DNA of 64,000 nt from Zygnema circumcarinatum SAG 698-1b (GCA_037447605.1 CM074813.1:3100001-3164000); one strand, 5' to 3'; positions 12,101-24,274 are shown, counted from the stretch's first letter. Numbers and translations: made by a program. Notes: generated by a model not told the origin, from the sequence alone.

Positions 12101-14139
12101 GGAACTAGAACATTTAGTCGCTTATTCAGGGTGTAAAGCTAGTGGAGTGGTTTTTTATTCTCAATTTGTGTTTCAGGTTTCAAATATCAAGATTTTTCTT
12201 TCTATTTTTCTTCTGTTTGCTTTTTTTTTTCTTTGCAAAAAACTTCTGAACATGTGGGGGATCTCGGGTGACGAACGCTGGGTTGACAGGGGGTCGACTT
12301 GGGACGAGTGATTGAGATCTATCCAAAGCTGCTAAGTCCCTCAGTGCAGGTGGAAACTCTACTTTCTCCTCTCTTCACCCCCCTCTAACTCCCTCACACT
12401 CAAATTGCCACGTCTCTAAATCTCCAAATCTCCTCCATTCCCAAACCCCACATCCCCTAACCCTGAAATCCTTAACCTCTCCCAACCTCCCAGAACCCTG
12501 AACTGCTTTCAGAACAAACATCCACTAGAGCAGCATCTCGTAGGCTTTGGTCCCGGCTTTGGTCCCCCCCTTAAACCTGGAAGCGGTCTCTCTCTCCCTC
12601 CCTCCCTCCCTCCTTCCCTCCCTCCCTCCCTCTCTCCCTCCCTCCCTCNNNNNNNNNNGGGAGGATGGGGGAGGGGGAAGGGGGAGGGAGGGGGAGGATG
12701 GGTGCGCACGAGAAGCTAGCCCGGGAAAGTTGAGGGGAGCGAAGGAGGCAGGGTCAGGGAGAGACAGAGACAAAAGAAAGGGAGTGGGTGATGGGGAATG
12801 ACAGGGAAGCGAGAGACAGGGAGGGGTACATGGAGAGGTCGGGACTTAGTTTGGGAAGTGACGGAGGAAAAGGACGGGAATAAAGAAGACTTGAAAACGG
12901 AAAGGTTTGGAAAGTGTGGGGGTGGGACGTGGAAAAGGAGGCGGAGAGCGAATAGGGAGATAGAAAAGATAGAAAAGGTTTGTAGAGAGATTGAATTGAA
13001 GTGAATCTGACTGATTAGAGTTATGCTTGACCGCAGTGTGGAGAATAATATCTTGCCGTCTCTCGATTTTCTTGAGAATCTGCTTGGAACGAAAGCAGCA
13101 GTTTCAAAACTTGTGGCGAAAAACCCAGAGGTCTGGACAGTTTCAAAACTGAACCCCTTATGACTTCGATGCCGTGTTCGTTATATGGCGGGTCATTAAG
13201 GTTTTGGGTCTTCTAGATGCTTCCAGTTCTATTTATTCGAGATGTTTCTAGGATTTAGTGTTTTCGATTTTCCTTTCGTCAAACTTCTGCCATGTTTTTC
13301 ACAAAAAAATTGATTGATTGATTGATTGATTGATGTGCAGGTTTTAACATTGAACATAGAACGGAACATTGTTCCGACATTGGAATTTTTTGCATCTCTG
13401 GGCATGGACCGGGAGGCCATTGCAAAAATGGTTACCCGTAACGGACGCGTTCTATGCTCCTCTCTGCCAAATATTGCGGCAAAAATTCGTCTCTTGGAAA
13501 GTTTTGGGCTCCAAAGGACGGAGGTTGTTCAGATGGTCGCCTTGTTTCCCTCACTCGTGAACTACAGGTGACGGTAGGAAGCTTTTGGGAACTTGAGTGG
13601 AGCTCGAGGAAGGGAGAGTGAGAGAGTGAGGGAGTGATGGAGGGAGAGGAAGGTGGGGGGCGACGGAAATCGAAGGAGTCAGAGAGTGGGAGGGGAAGGA
13701 GCAAATACAGGGAAAGGTTGGGAGAGTTGATGAGATATGACGCCAGAGAGAAAGGCAGGAGGAGGGCAGTGGTAGAGAGAGTGAACGATAGACAGATGAC
13801 TGAACCCCCCTTGATCTTCTTGTTCTTCTTCTTCTTCATCTTCTTGGTCGGCGCAGCGAGGAGACGCTCGTTGCGAAGCACGCGTACTTGGTGGGGGCGA
13901 TGGGCCGCAGCGCGCGCGAGGCGGTGCGGTTTCCGCACTTCTTCGGGTACCGCCTCGAGGAGCGCATCCGCGCGCGCCACCAGCGGCTCCTCCGGGCGGG
14001 GGCCGGGGCCGGGGCCGGGGCGGGGTGCGCGCTCGGGACCATGCTCTGCTGCACCGACGCCGCCTTCGACCGCCTCTGCCTCCGCCTGCACGCCCACGCC
14101 CACGCCCACGCCCAGGCCCCTAGCCAGCTAGCTAGCTAG
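8964..14139 (+). CDS. mTERF family protein, multi-exon; start and long N-terminal exon tentative
   Basis: mTERF-repeat exons: 11108-11369, 11882-12031 (VGVRPRAVAQVLSGCPNFLGLSLELL), 12290-12349, ~13020-13130 (SVENNILPSLDFLENLLG), 13341-13567 (NIERNIVPTLEFFASLGMDREAIAKMV). Last exon has the typical FPHFFGYRLEERIRARH...LGTMLCCTDAAF and stops at 14139. Upstream exons 8964-9106 and 9766-10798 are phase-compatible. Confidence 0.85.
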
Positions 14140-14708
14140 CTCCCTGCCTGCCTGTGCAAGATGATGCAGGAGGAGGGGGATCATGCGCCCGCCCGCCCGC
14201 CCCCCCGCCCGCCCGCCCGCCCCCCCGCCCGCCCGCCCGCAGGGGAAGAAGGGTTTTTGAACGGTGTTGTATGGTTTGGGGCTGGAGGGGTGTTGGGATT
14301 GCAGGGCAGGCAGGGCAGGGCAGGGTTTAGGGGTTCAGGGGGTCATGGAGTCGCAGGAGAGGAATGCGCTTTTGTCATTCATGTACAGAAAGGTCGGGAG
14401 GGAGGGAGGGGATAGTGCCTACGGCGAGCATGGGCGGCTGTCTCCGCATGTAAATAATTTGATTATTTCATTTAGCATACTTTCTTTTTCCTTCAACACT
14501 TGCGATGGGCGAACGCGTACTAATCATAATCGTAATAATAGGAATGGTGCTACCGAAGTTTGCGTGGCCCCTCTCCAGTTACCTGCGGCATCCACCACCA
14601 CCACCGCCCAGCGCCGCGTTGCGGCCGCCCGCCCGCGCGCAGTGTCCTCCCTGTGCCGCAGTCCGTACGGTGCGCTTGCACGGTTCAACCTGCGCGAGGC
14701 CCTCCAAA

Positions 14709-15044
14709 TAGGGTTGGGGGCACGGGGGGCACGGGGGCACGGGCATGCCCGGGGGGGGGCATCATGCCCCCCATTTTTGACCGTCCGTGCCCGGGGCACG
14801 CCTCCAAAAATTTTCCCCATATTTTCTCCCCCGTGCGCCCCTGTCACGTGACGCTTACTCGTACGACCGGGCCCGGGCCGGTGATGATTGAAGGTGTGTT
14901 GAGTACTGTCCGTACTTTTCATATTTTCCGTACATTTGTACCTTGATTCGTACGTTTAGTACATTCATCTGTACTTTCCCCCAAGGGGGGGGGGGGCACG
15001 TGCCGCTGGGCACGGGTCGGAGGGGGACCGTGCCCCCAACCCTA
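14709..15044. mobile_element. 336-bp MITE-like element with 17-bp TIRs and GGGCACG subterminal repeats (second copy 16657-16997)
   Basis: TAGGGTTGGGGGCACGG (14709-14725) is the exact reverse complement of CCGTGCCCCCAACCCTA (15028-15044). Repeated GGGCACG/CGTGCCC near both ends. No 8-bp TSD is visible. Confidence 0.7.
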
Positions 15045-17249
15045 CATGTACCTCCAAACCAAGGTCGCCGTACCGTACGAAAACATCAGATTACTGTACA
15101 GTACTAGATTAGCCTTCCGTACCGTACGAGATACGGCCTCCGTTTTGTACAAGCTTGAAAACTGCAGCCAGAGATTAGGCAGGCAGACAGGCCAGCGGGC
15201 GGGCGGGCGGGCAGAAAGGCAAACATTTTTTCCTTTCCTTTCGCCATCCGTACGACATGCACGCCTCTTTTAGTTTTTTTTTTTTTTTGTCATACTGAAG
15301 GGGCAGCTTTATTCTCGGGACTTTCTGAGTTTTATTTTCGGTATTTACGGGACGATTCCAGAAAATCCCTTATTCGCCGATGCCTGCCCCGCCGCCCTCC
15401 CTCCCGCGCGCCGGGAGGGCCACGTGTGCGCGCGGGCCAGGCCGTACGAGTCGTACACGTGTTTGTACGATGAGGGCCACGTGGCATTCAGCTGGCGAGG
15501 CTCGCCCGGCGGCCGTACATCGACGGCCGCGGGCGGGTGTCGGTTGCGCGCCCCAACGGAACGGCGAGACGAACGGCGAGCATGGAGCGGCAGGCAGGCG
15601 GGCTTGCGCGGATAGAGAGGCGGTGCAGAGAATACGAATCTCGGGGCGACGGCCAATCGGAGGGCCGCGCGATCGGATCGGACGACGCGGCGGCGGCCAC
15701 GTTGGCCTGCGTGCGGACGGACGGGCGGATGGAGCCCGCCGTGGTTCCTTGGTCGGGGCGCGGAGGAGCTGGGCGGGGAGCGCGGGGAGGGCGGGATCAC
15801 ACGTGCGGGGGAGCTGTATAGCGGAGGGCGGGCCGGAGGGGGGGGGGCGGCTACAGGGGGCGGAGGGAGGTGGGGTCGGGAGGGAGGAAGTGACGACGGC
15901 GGGAGAGGGAGGGGTGGAGGGAGTGAAGAGCGGCGGAGAAGGGAGAGTGGAGAGCAGGTAGGGGAGTGAGGGAGCGCAGAGTGGAAGAGAGTGTGGAGCG
16001 AGGGCGAGATTACAGGAAAACAGCAAGAGGCACCGAGAGGGCGAGAGAGATCGACGCAGCGAAGGAGAGAGAAGAAACGGAGAGGACGAAGTAGGAGGGA
16101 GAGAGAGAGGCACAATGCAGGCTGCAGCGTGGGCGGCGGCACCCATCCCCCCAACCCTAAAGCCGCCCTCCTCTGCAGAGGCAGATCTCGGCCATGGAAC
16201 GCGGCNNNNNNNNNNTGTATGGTTTGGGGCTGGAGGGGTGTTGGGATTGCAGGGCAGGCAGGGCAGGGCAGGGTTTAGGGGTTCAGGGGGTCATGGAGTC
16301 GCAGGAGAGGAATGCGCTTTTGTCATTCATGTACAGAAAGGTCGGGAGGGAGGGAGGGGATAGTGCCTACGGCGAGCATGGGCGGCTGTCTCCGCATGTA
16401 AATAATTTGATTATTTCATTTAGCATACTTTCTTTTTCCTTCAACACTTGCGATGGGCGAACGCGTACTAATCATAATCGTAATAATAGGAATGGTGCTA
16501 CCGAAGTTTGCGTGGCCCCTCTCCAGTTACCTGCGGCATCCACCACCACCACCGCCCAGCGCCGCGTTGCGGCCGCCCGCCCGCGCGCAGTGTCCTCCCT
16601 GTGCCGCAGTCCGTACGGTGCGCTTGCACGGTTCAACCTGCGCGAGGCCCTCCAAATAGGGTTGGGGGCACGGGGGGCACGGGGGCACGGGCATGCCCGG
16701 GGGGGGGCATCATGCCCCCCATTTTTGACCGTCCGTGCCCGGGGCACGCCTCCAAAAATTTTCCCCATATATTTCGTGCCCCCCCGTGCCCCCTGTCACG
16801 TGACGCTTACCTCGTACGACCGGGCCCGGGCCGGTGATGATTGAAGGTGTGTTGAGTACTGTCCGTACTTTTCATATTTTCCGTACATTTGTACCTTGAT
16901 TCGTACGTTTAGTACATTCATCTGTACTTTCCCCCAAGGGGGGGGGGGGCACGTGCCGCTGGGCACGGGTCGGAGGGGGACCGTGCCCCCAACCCTACAT
17001 GTACCTCCAAACCAAGGTCGCCGTACCGTACGAAAACATCAGATTACTGTACAGTACTAGATTAGCCTTCCGTACCGTACGAGATACGGCCTCCGTTTTG
17101 TACAAGCTTGAAAACTGCAGCCAGAGATTAGGCAGGCAGACAGGCCAGCGGGCGGGCGGGCGGGCAGAAAGGCAAACATTTTTTCCTTTCCTTTCGCCAT
17201 CCGTACGACATGCACGCCTCTTTTAGTTTTTTTTTTTTTTTGTCATACT

Positions 17250-18067
17250 GAAGGGGCAGCTTTATTCTCGGGACTTTCTGAGTTTTATTTTCGGTATTTA
17301 CGGGACGATTCCAGAAAATCCCTTATTCGCCGATGCCTGCCCCGCCGCCCTCCCTCCCGCGCGCCGGGAGGGCCACGTGTGCGCGCGGGCCAGGCCGTAC
17401 GAGTCGTACACGTGTTTGTACGATGAGGGCCACGTGGCATTCAGCTGGCGAGGCTCGCCCGGCGGCCGTACATCGACGGCCGCGGGCGGGTGTCGGTTGC
17501 GCGCCCCAACGGAACGGCGAGACGAACGGCGAGCATGGAGCGGCAGGCAGGCGGGCTTGCGCGGATAGAGAGGCGGTGCAGAGAATACGAATCTCGGGGC
17601 GACGGCCAATCGGAGGGCCGCGCGATCGGATCGGACGACGCGGCGGCGGCCACGTTGGCCTGCGTGCGGACGGACGGGCGGATGGAGCCCGCCGTGGTTC
17701 CTTGGTCGGGGCGCGGAGGAGCTGGGCGGGGAGCGCGGGGAGGGCGGGATCACACGTGCGGGGGAGCTGTATAGCGGAGGGCGGGCCGGAGGGGGGGGGG
17801 CGGCTACAGGGGGCGGAGGGAGGTGGGGTCGGGAGGGAGGAAGTGACGACGGCGGGAGAGGGAGGGGTGGAGGGAGTGAAGAGCGGCGGAGAAGGGAGAG
17901 TGGAGAGCAGGTAGGGGAGTGAGGGAGCGCAGAGTGGAAGAGAGTGTGGAGCGAGGGCGAGATTACAGGAAAACAGCAAGAGGCACCGAGAGGGCGAGAG
18001 AGATCGACGCAGCGAAGGAGAGAGAAGAAACGGAGAGGACGAAGTAGGAGGGAGAGAGAGAGGCACA
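17250..18067 (+). promoter_or_regulatory. GC-rich PSY promoter island (duplicate at ~15300-16114)
   Basis: In copy 1: GCCACGTG at 15419 and 15476, GGCCGTAC at 15440 and 15511, CCAAT at 15653, then a GA-rich leader before the ATG. Confidence 0.55.
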
Positions 18068-21000
18068 ATGCAGGCTGCAGCGTGGGCGGCGGCACCCATC
18101 CCCCCAACCCTAAAGCCGCCCTCCTCTGCAGAGGCAGATCTCGGCCATGGAACGCGGCAGTTCAGTCTCCGCCGCCTCCATTCTGTTCCGTTTCCCTCCG
18201 TCTCCTCCCCCGCTGTCCGCCGTGCTGGGCAGGCGGTGACAGCTATTCTGGACGTGCCAGCTGGGCCGGGCAGCGGTCAGGCAGGCGAAAAAAAAGATGC
18301 CATGCAGCGGTTCGCCATTGCGGGGTTCAGTGGAGGGGAGGTCGCGGGCAGCGGGGCTTTGGGAGGGTTCAGAACAGTGGAGGAGAGGATCTATGAGGTA
18401 GTTGTAAGGGAGGCGGCTGAAAGTCAACGTCAACAGCAATGCGGGTCAACGGGACTGGCGGATGTAATGATGCCGGGCAGCTTGAGCAGCCAGGAGCTTC
18501 TGGACGAGGCATACGCTCGCTGCGGGGAGGTCTGCGCGGAATACGCGAAGACCTTCTATTTAGGTAATAATAATCATAAGTTAATATTTATTACTTCATC
18601 GAATGATTGTGACTATATAGAGGACTTTGATAGTGATATTGGGGGAGGGTGGGGGAAAGGTAGAAGTTTCCGAAAAGGGTTTTAGAATCAAGCGGGCGAG
18701 GGTTCGGAAGGAAAGGAAGCGGGGTGGTAGGGGGGACATTGTTTGAGTTCTAGAAGTTTTTTATGGGTTTTATAAAAAGGTCTCAAAAAACGGGTACGCT
18801 AAGGTTATTGATATCTCTTGATAGTACTTCAAAGAAACCCTTTCCCCCCCTTCTCCCCCCCCCCTCCCCCTCAAAAAAGAAGTTTGCTTTCCTTATCGTA
18901 TCTGTTTTTCTGATCGATTGGGCCCCCTCTTTTTCCTTTTGATGATTAGGAACGAAGCTGATGACTCCCGAGAGGCAGCGGGCGATCTGGGCGATTTATG
19001 GTATGTGCTTGTCCGTTTATCTTGTTCAGCTGCGAGTACAGAAAGCACGGACGAAGAGTTTGCCTTGTTAAATAGGAGTATCAGATTTAAAAAAATAGAT
19101 GTGGACTTTTTCTTGAAGTACTTCGAATTTCGCTGTTACTACCTTTTTCGCAGAAAAGCGTTTACTGATTTCGAGTTCCAATAGTGTGAAACGTTTCTAA
19201 GTCTGACACCCGCTTATATAGCTGAATGAGTAGGGGCCCTTCAAGGAAACACCACTGGACCGGAGTAATACAGTACATGATTGCTAGACTCACAAGTATT
19301 TTTGTTTCATTCCTCGTCCGATGGGTTCATATAGGCGATAAAAAGTGCTGGCATAAGCAGATATGTATCGATGACATCACATCATGAGTATGTCGAGTTG
19401 GATGATGCGGCAATAGAAGTGATGCATGCCTCAACCTATGCAGTACGGAACAGGCAGTATTGGGGTCTGTACGTCGAGATCACCTGGAATATGTGGGTGA
19501 TGAAGTCCCCAGTAACGCGATGTAGCTTTGGGCACAGCATGTATTGCAAGCGTCGTTGCCATCATTTCGTATTAGCGTCCCATGTAATATTAACAACGGT
19601 GTATGCCTGCGTGGAACTAGACGAGTCAGGAATTTCTATTACTGGATGTGCGGTTGCCTTTACCGCCCATATGTAAGATAGGATAACATCCATTGTTGTG
19701 GGAACACGACATGTATGACCTCGCTTCTCACTGATAACATCACTTCTTATGAGAAAATCACTCCACGGCAAGGCACAAATGCGTTCACCTCCGGTTTTGT
19801 GTTGTCCATTCCTTTTCACGGCTGCAAAAGACAAAAAAATCCCTTTGTAGATACATATCTAGCTTTCCTCGTTCCTCTCCCTGCCCTTCAGTCCAACACT
19901 GATCAACTGTTCGTGTGCCATCATGCATGATATTTCTGAATACAGGGTTGATGTTATGACTACATGAATACAGATATATTGACTTTTTGAACTTTCTTGC
20001 CGCGCTGTGCCATGCTGCAGTGTGGTGCAGACGGACAGACGAGCTGGTGGATGGCCCCAATGCTCCGCGCATCACTCCGAGAGCCCTTGACAGGTGGGAG
20101 GAACGGCTGGAAGATGTTTTCAACGGGCAGCCCTATGACATGCTGGATGCTGCGCTTGCAGATACTGTGCGCAACTTCCCTGTGAACATTCAGGTACCCT
20201 CCCCCCCCCTCCCCTCCCCCCTCTCTCTATGTCTTTGATTCCGTTGTCCAGTTGCAGCCTACTCCGTCCATTTTAACAGCCCCATACTGCTAATCGCAAA
20301 TGTCGAAAACAGGCATTTGACATAGGAAGGATGGGGGGACATATGCATGCAGCCGTTCCGTGACATGGTAGAGGGCATGCGCATGGATCTGCGCAAGTCC
20401 CGGTACGCGGATTTCAACGAGCTCTATCTGTACTGCTACAACGTGGCGGGCACGGTGGGCCTCATGAGTGTGCCCGTCATGGGCATAGAGGAGGACTCAC
20501 AGGCGGACCCTGTGGAGGTCTATGGAGCAGCGCTGGCTCTCGGAATTGCCAATCAGCTGACTAACATTCTGCGGGACGTGGGCGAAGAGTGAGCTCTGAC
20601 TCTCTCCCTACTCCTCCTTGTTATTCTCCCCTCCCTCCCCACCGGCCCCCTCCNNNNNNNNNNTCCCTTGCTTTCCTTCCTAACGCCTTCCCTCTCTCGC
20701 GTGCGTGCAGCGCCCGGCGAGGCCGCGTGTACCTCCCGCAGGACGAGCTGCAGCGCTTTGGGCTGAGCGACGAGGACATCTTCGCGGGCGCAGTGACGGA
20801 CAATTGGCGCGCCTTCATGCGCTTTCAGATTCAGCGCGCCCGCGATTACTTCCAAAGGGCGGAGGCGGGCGTGGCCGAGCTTGACCGGCAGAGCAGATGG
20901 CCGGTCAGTGGGGGGAGGCGACATGCCATCATGCTGTGTTGCTGTATTATCATGGGGGCATGAGGTCATGGAGATCAGGAGGCCATGAGTCATGAAGTTA

Positions 21001-21644
21001 TGATGTCAGGTCGGCATCATGTTATGATGTTATGACGCCATGATATCTTGGTGTCAGGATGGCAGATGATCCTATGATGTCATAATGTCAAGGGTTCAAG
21101 TAGTTATGATGTCAGAAGGTCATGTTGTCATGATGCCTGGATGCCATCATGTCGTGATGTCATGATGTTTGGGTTCCACTAGTGACTTCCATACTTCTAA
21201 CCCTTCGATTTGAGAGGTGCTCAAAACTTAATGCTTTAATTGTAAGGTTTTCTGGAGTTTGAAGGGTCTACAAAGTCTGGCAGCTCTTGAAGGCTATTTT
21301 CTGGGAGGTCAAGTGAGGTCAGGAAATTCTGAAGACTGGAATTCCTGTAAACCCGGGTAAACCTAGCAGCTCAAGACTGGCCAGAGCCTAAGGAAGGAAA
21401 TTCATTGTTTTAGTCAACACTTTTTTTTTTTTTGCAGGTGTGGGCCTCTCTCTCGTTGTATCGCCAGATTTTGGACTCAATCGAAGCTAATGATTTCGAC
21501 AACTTCACAAAGAGAGCGTATGTGAGAAAGTGGAAGAAATTTTTATCCCTGCCTGGAGCCTACCTGAAAGCACAGCTCATCACCCCTTCGACAAAGAAGT
21601 CGAGTTCAGGGGGGTCAGTGGCTGCTTCAGAGGGACGAGCCTAG
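18068..21644 (+). CDS. PSY: Phytoene synthase, 6 exons
   Basis: Exons 18068-18563, 18950-19000, 20021-20193, 20353-20588, 20711-20903, 21438-21644. Hallmark peptides [106 protein letters not shown]. Confidence 0.98.
19073..19216. mobile_element. Degenerate relative of the 2841-2921 MITE in PSY intron 2
   Basis: Right end TAAGTCTGACAC (19198-19209) is identical to the 2841 element's TIR. Left end TAGGAGTATCAGATTTAA (19073-19090) is a decayed TAGGGCGTGTCAGACTTAA. Confidence 0.45.
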
Positions 21645-22600
21645 AACGAGAGGGAGTGAGAGCGAGGCAGACTGGAGTGAGCGAGAGAATCGGGAAAACG
21701 AGTGGAGGAGAGTAAGAGAGTGGCGAGGGAGGATGGAGAGGTGGACAAGGGAAGGGAGGAAGGGGAAGAATGGACAAGGAAGGAGAAGGAAACAATTGAA
21801 GGAGAAAGCTGCATTAGAAACGGAATTATGCTTAATTCGCATCCCCACAATTTTGTTTCTTGGAGCGGCCTGGCACAGGTAGGAGTAGGCACAGATCATG
21901 TAGTTGACGTCAGTGGCATCGTGTGTTCGACAGACGCAGAAGTGATGACGCGATAGGCGCATGTGACGCAGTTGGTTCGTTGCAAGGCGGGATCAACTCT
22001 TGTATAAATTATCTCTGCAGCATTTAAATTGGCATGAACGCAAAACTGTAATTATTTACTGACCCCTTATGCACAGAAAGTGCATTCTTGTGGTAGCGCT
22101 CAAATTATATTTGGGTACTTTTCACCCCTCTGGCGGGAATGACGCATGAAAGCAGAACGCAATCTTGCAGACTCAGATCAGATGCCTCTAGAGAGGGAAG
22201 TATGGAGCCGTCGGCGGTCTTTTGCACAGCAGCTGAGATGGCTTTGTTCCCTCAGTCCTCAGAGCAACGAGAGTGGCGATGTGACGGTTGAAATGGTGGA
22301 TGTCCGCATGGCTCAGTACTGATATTGAAAACTTTGTGCAGTCATGCAATTTAAACTGAATAATCAGTTGTTTGACCCAAAGGCAACACGTCAAGCAATG
22401 CGCAAATACATTTCAAAGATTACAAAAGTTACAAGAATAGGAGAGAAGGGGCTAGGGAAGAGCAGAGATGGCGGAGGGTGGGAGTAGAGAGAAGATGGAT
22501 CACTGCCTGATATACATTGCCTCGTCATAGTGACGATGGCTCCCTTATCCGCCCGAGCTGCTCTTGAAACCTTCAGCCATTATTCCTTCGTTCCTCCAAT

Positions 22601-22727
22601 CTCGCCTCATTCTTTCAGCGCCATTGTAAAGTCAAAGCTTCTCGCCTCATTCTTTCAGCGCCATTGTAAAGTCAAAGCTTCTCGCCTCATTCTTTCAGCG
22701 CCATTGTAAAGTCAAAGCTTCTCGCCT
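22601..22727. repeat. Perfect 40-bp tandem repeat, 3 copies plus a partial
   Basis: CTCGCCTCATTCTTTCAGCGCCATTGTAAAGTCAAAGCTT at 22601, 22641, 22681, with no spacers. Confidence 0.97.
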
Positions 22728-23053
22728 TCCCTCGCTCCTTCATACGATCGTCATATCGGCAACACTGACTCCCCTCCCTCTCGTCACTCCCCTTTTCTCT
22801 CACTTAACGATCTCTCCTTGTCCCTCGTACGCCCCTCCCTTGCCTACGCTTCTCTCACTCCCCACATTCTCTTCCCCTCTCCCCTCGCAGTCCCTCCCTC
22901 CCCATTTCCCCATTTTCCCATCCCTTCCTTCCCGCCTCCACCCCCCCCCCCCTCTCCCCTTGACACATTTTACAAGTAACCCCCATGCCCTGAGCGCTTA
23001 ACCTCGCTCCTATCACTAAACCCTCCTCCCCTTTCTGCCCTGAACCCTCCGCT

Positions 23054-24274
23054 TCACTCCTGCGCTAACTTTGTCACCAAGGCCTCCAAAAGCTGATCCC
23101 TCTTCTCCGACCTCGCCTCCTCCCTCTCCCTTCTCTGCTCCTCTCTCTCTCTCCACTCCGCCTCTCTCATCCCTCTCTGTTGCTCCAACCTCAACAGTGC
23201 CTCGCGGAACTCCGTCTCTCTCGCTCTTCTCTCTCCCTCTCTCAGCTCTACCGCCTCTCTCCACTCCAGTTCCAGCCACTGTTGATGCTTCAAAAAATTT
23301 TCAAGCACCTCCTGCACGCTCCCACTGCCACCCCCAACTCTCGAGGGTTTGCTTTCGATCGGCAATAATTTTTGCCGATCTTTCTCTGCCCAACTAGCCC
23401 GTCTCCGTAACAACCTCTCCTCTTCGCTCTCTTCGTCTTCATCCTCATCGTCATCATCCGAATCATCGTCTCCTAATTTTTGCTGCCCATCTGCCAAGAA
23501 TTTTCGGCCCCTTTTGCCCTTTTTCTTGAGCAGTCCGCCCTTCGATTCCAGCAAAAGTTGATCCATGTTTTTCGCTCTTTCTTTAAAAATTGCATCTAAC
23601 TCATCAAAGAAAGGACACTGCCGACCACTTTCGGCCTCCATTGTCTCCTTTCCCTGCATGCACATTGATGTTGAAAATGTGTCAAAGACCCTCGCAACAA
23701 ATTATGTAGTTTGCCGAAATTCCTATGACTTCAGGAAAGCAGAAATGAAGGGTTTCGGGTTTACAGTATTCTAGGGTTTCAGGCTTCAAGCGTTGTACGG
23801 TTTTCGCTTTTAAACGTCTAGGGCTTCAACATTCCAAAGAATCAGCTTTTTCAAGTTCTAATGATTTTCCGTCAATTTCAGAATTCGATCGTTCCTGGTG
23901 TGGCTGCCCTACTCGAAAACCCAACTCTGACCCAACCCTGCACCCTACCCAGCCCCGGCCCGCCCCGGCCCGCCCTGACCCAGCCCTCCACCCTCAGCCC
24001 CCCCGCGTGCCTTGTAGCGGTTGACGAGGTTCTTCCACTTGCACTTGCACTGCTCTGCGGTGCGCGCGTAGCGGCTCTCGCGCATGCGCACCGCGATGAG
24101 CTCCCAGAGCGTGCGGTTGCGCCTCGTGGCGCCGAAGTCCGCCTCGAGCTCCGCGCGCACCTCGATGAGGCGCCGCGTCTCGTTGTAGCCCCACTGCGCC
24201 AGCGCCGCCTTCTCCGCCTCCTTGCGCACAGCCGCCGCCGCGTCGGCCATCGACAGCCCGCCCAGCTCCGCCAT
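23054..24274 (-). CDS. Trihelix (GT-factor, Myb/SANT-like) transcription factor, 2 exons with a GC-AG intron
   Basis: Exon 1 24274-24011 (QWGYNETRRLIEVR...RNRTLWELIAVRM...TAEQCKCKWKNLVNRYK). Exon 2 23653-23054 (GKETMEAESGRQCPFFDELDAIF, acidic tract, coiled-coil C-terminus). Confidence 0.93.

Larger units (their letters stand above)
14268..18158. repeat. Near-identical ~1.94-kb direct duplication (14268-16205 and 16216-18158) separated by a 10-N gap
   Basis: Copies match by eye except a short patch (~14815-14860 vs ~16765-16815). The ORF track is duplicated with a 1948-1953 offset. Confidence 0.95.

Noticed and set aside
22601-22727. 40-bp repeats as a CRISPR array
   Set aside because: Units are directly adjacent with no spacers, there are no cas genes, and the context is eukaryotic.
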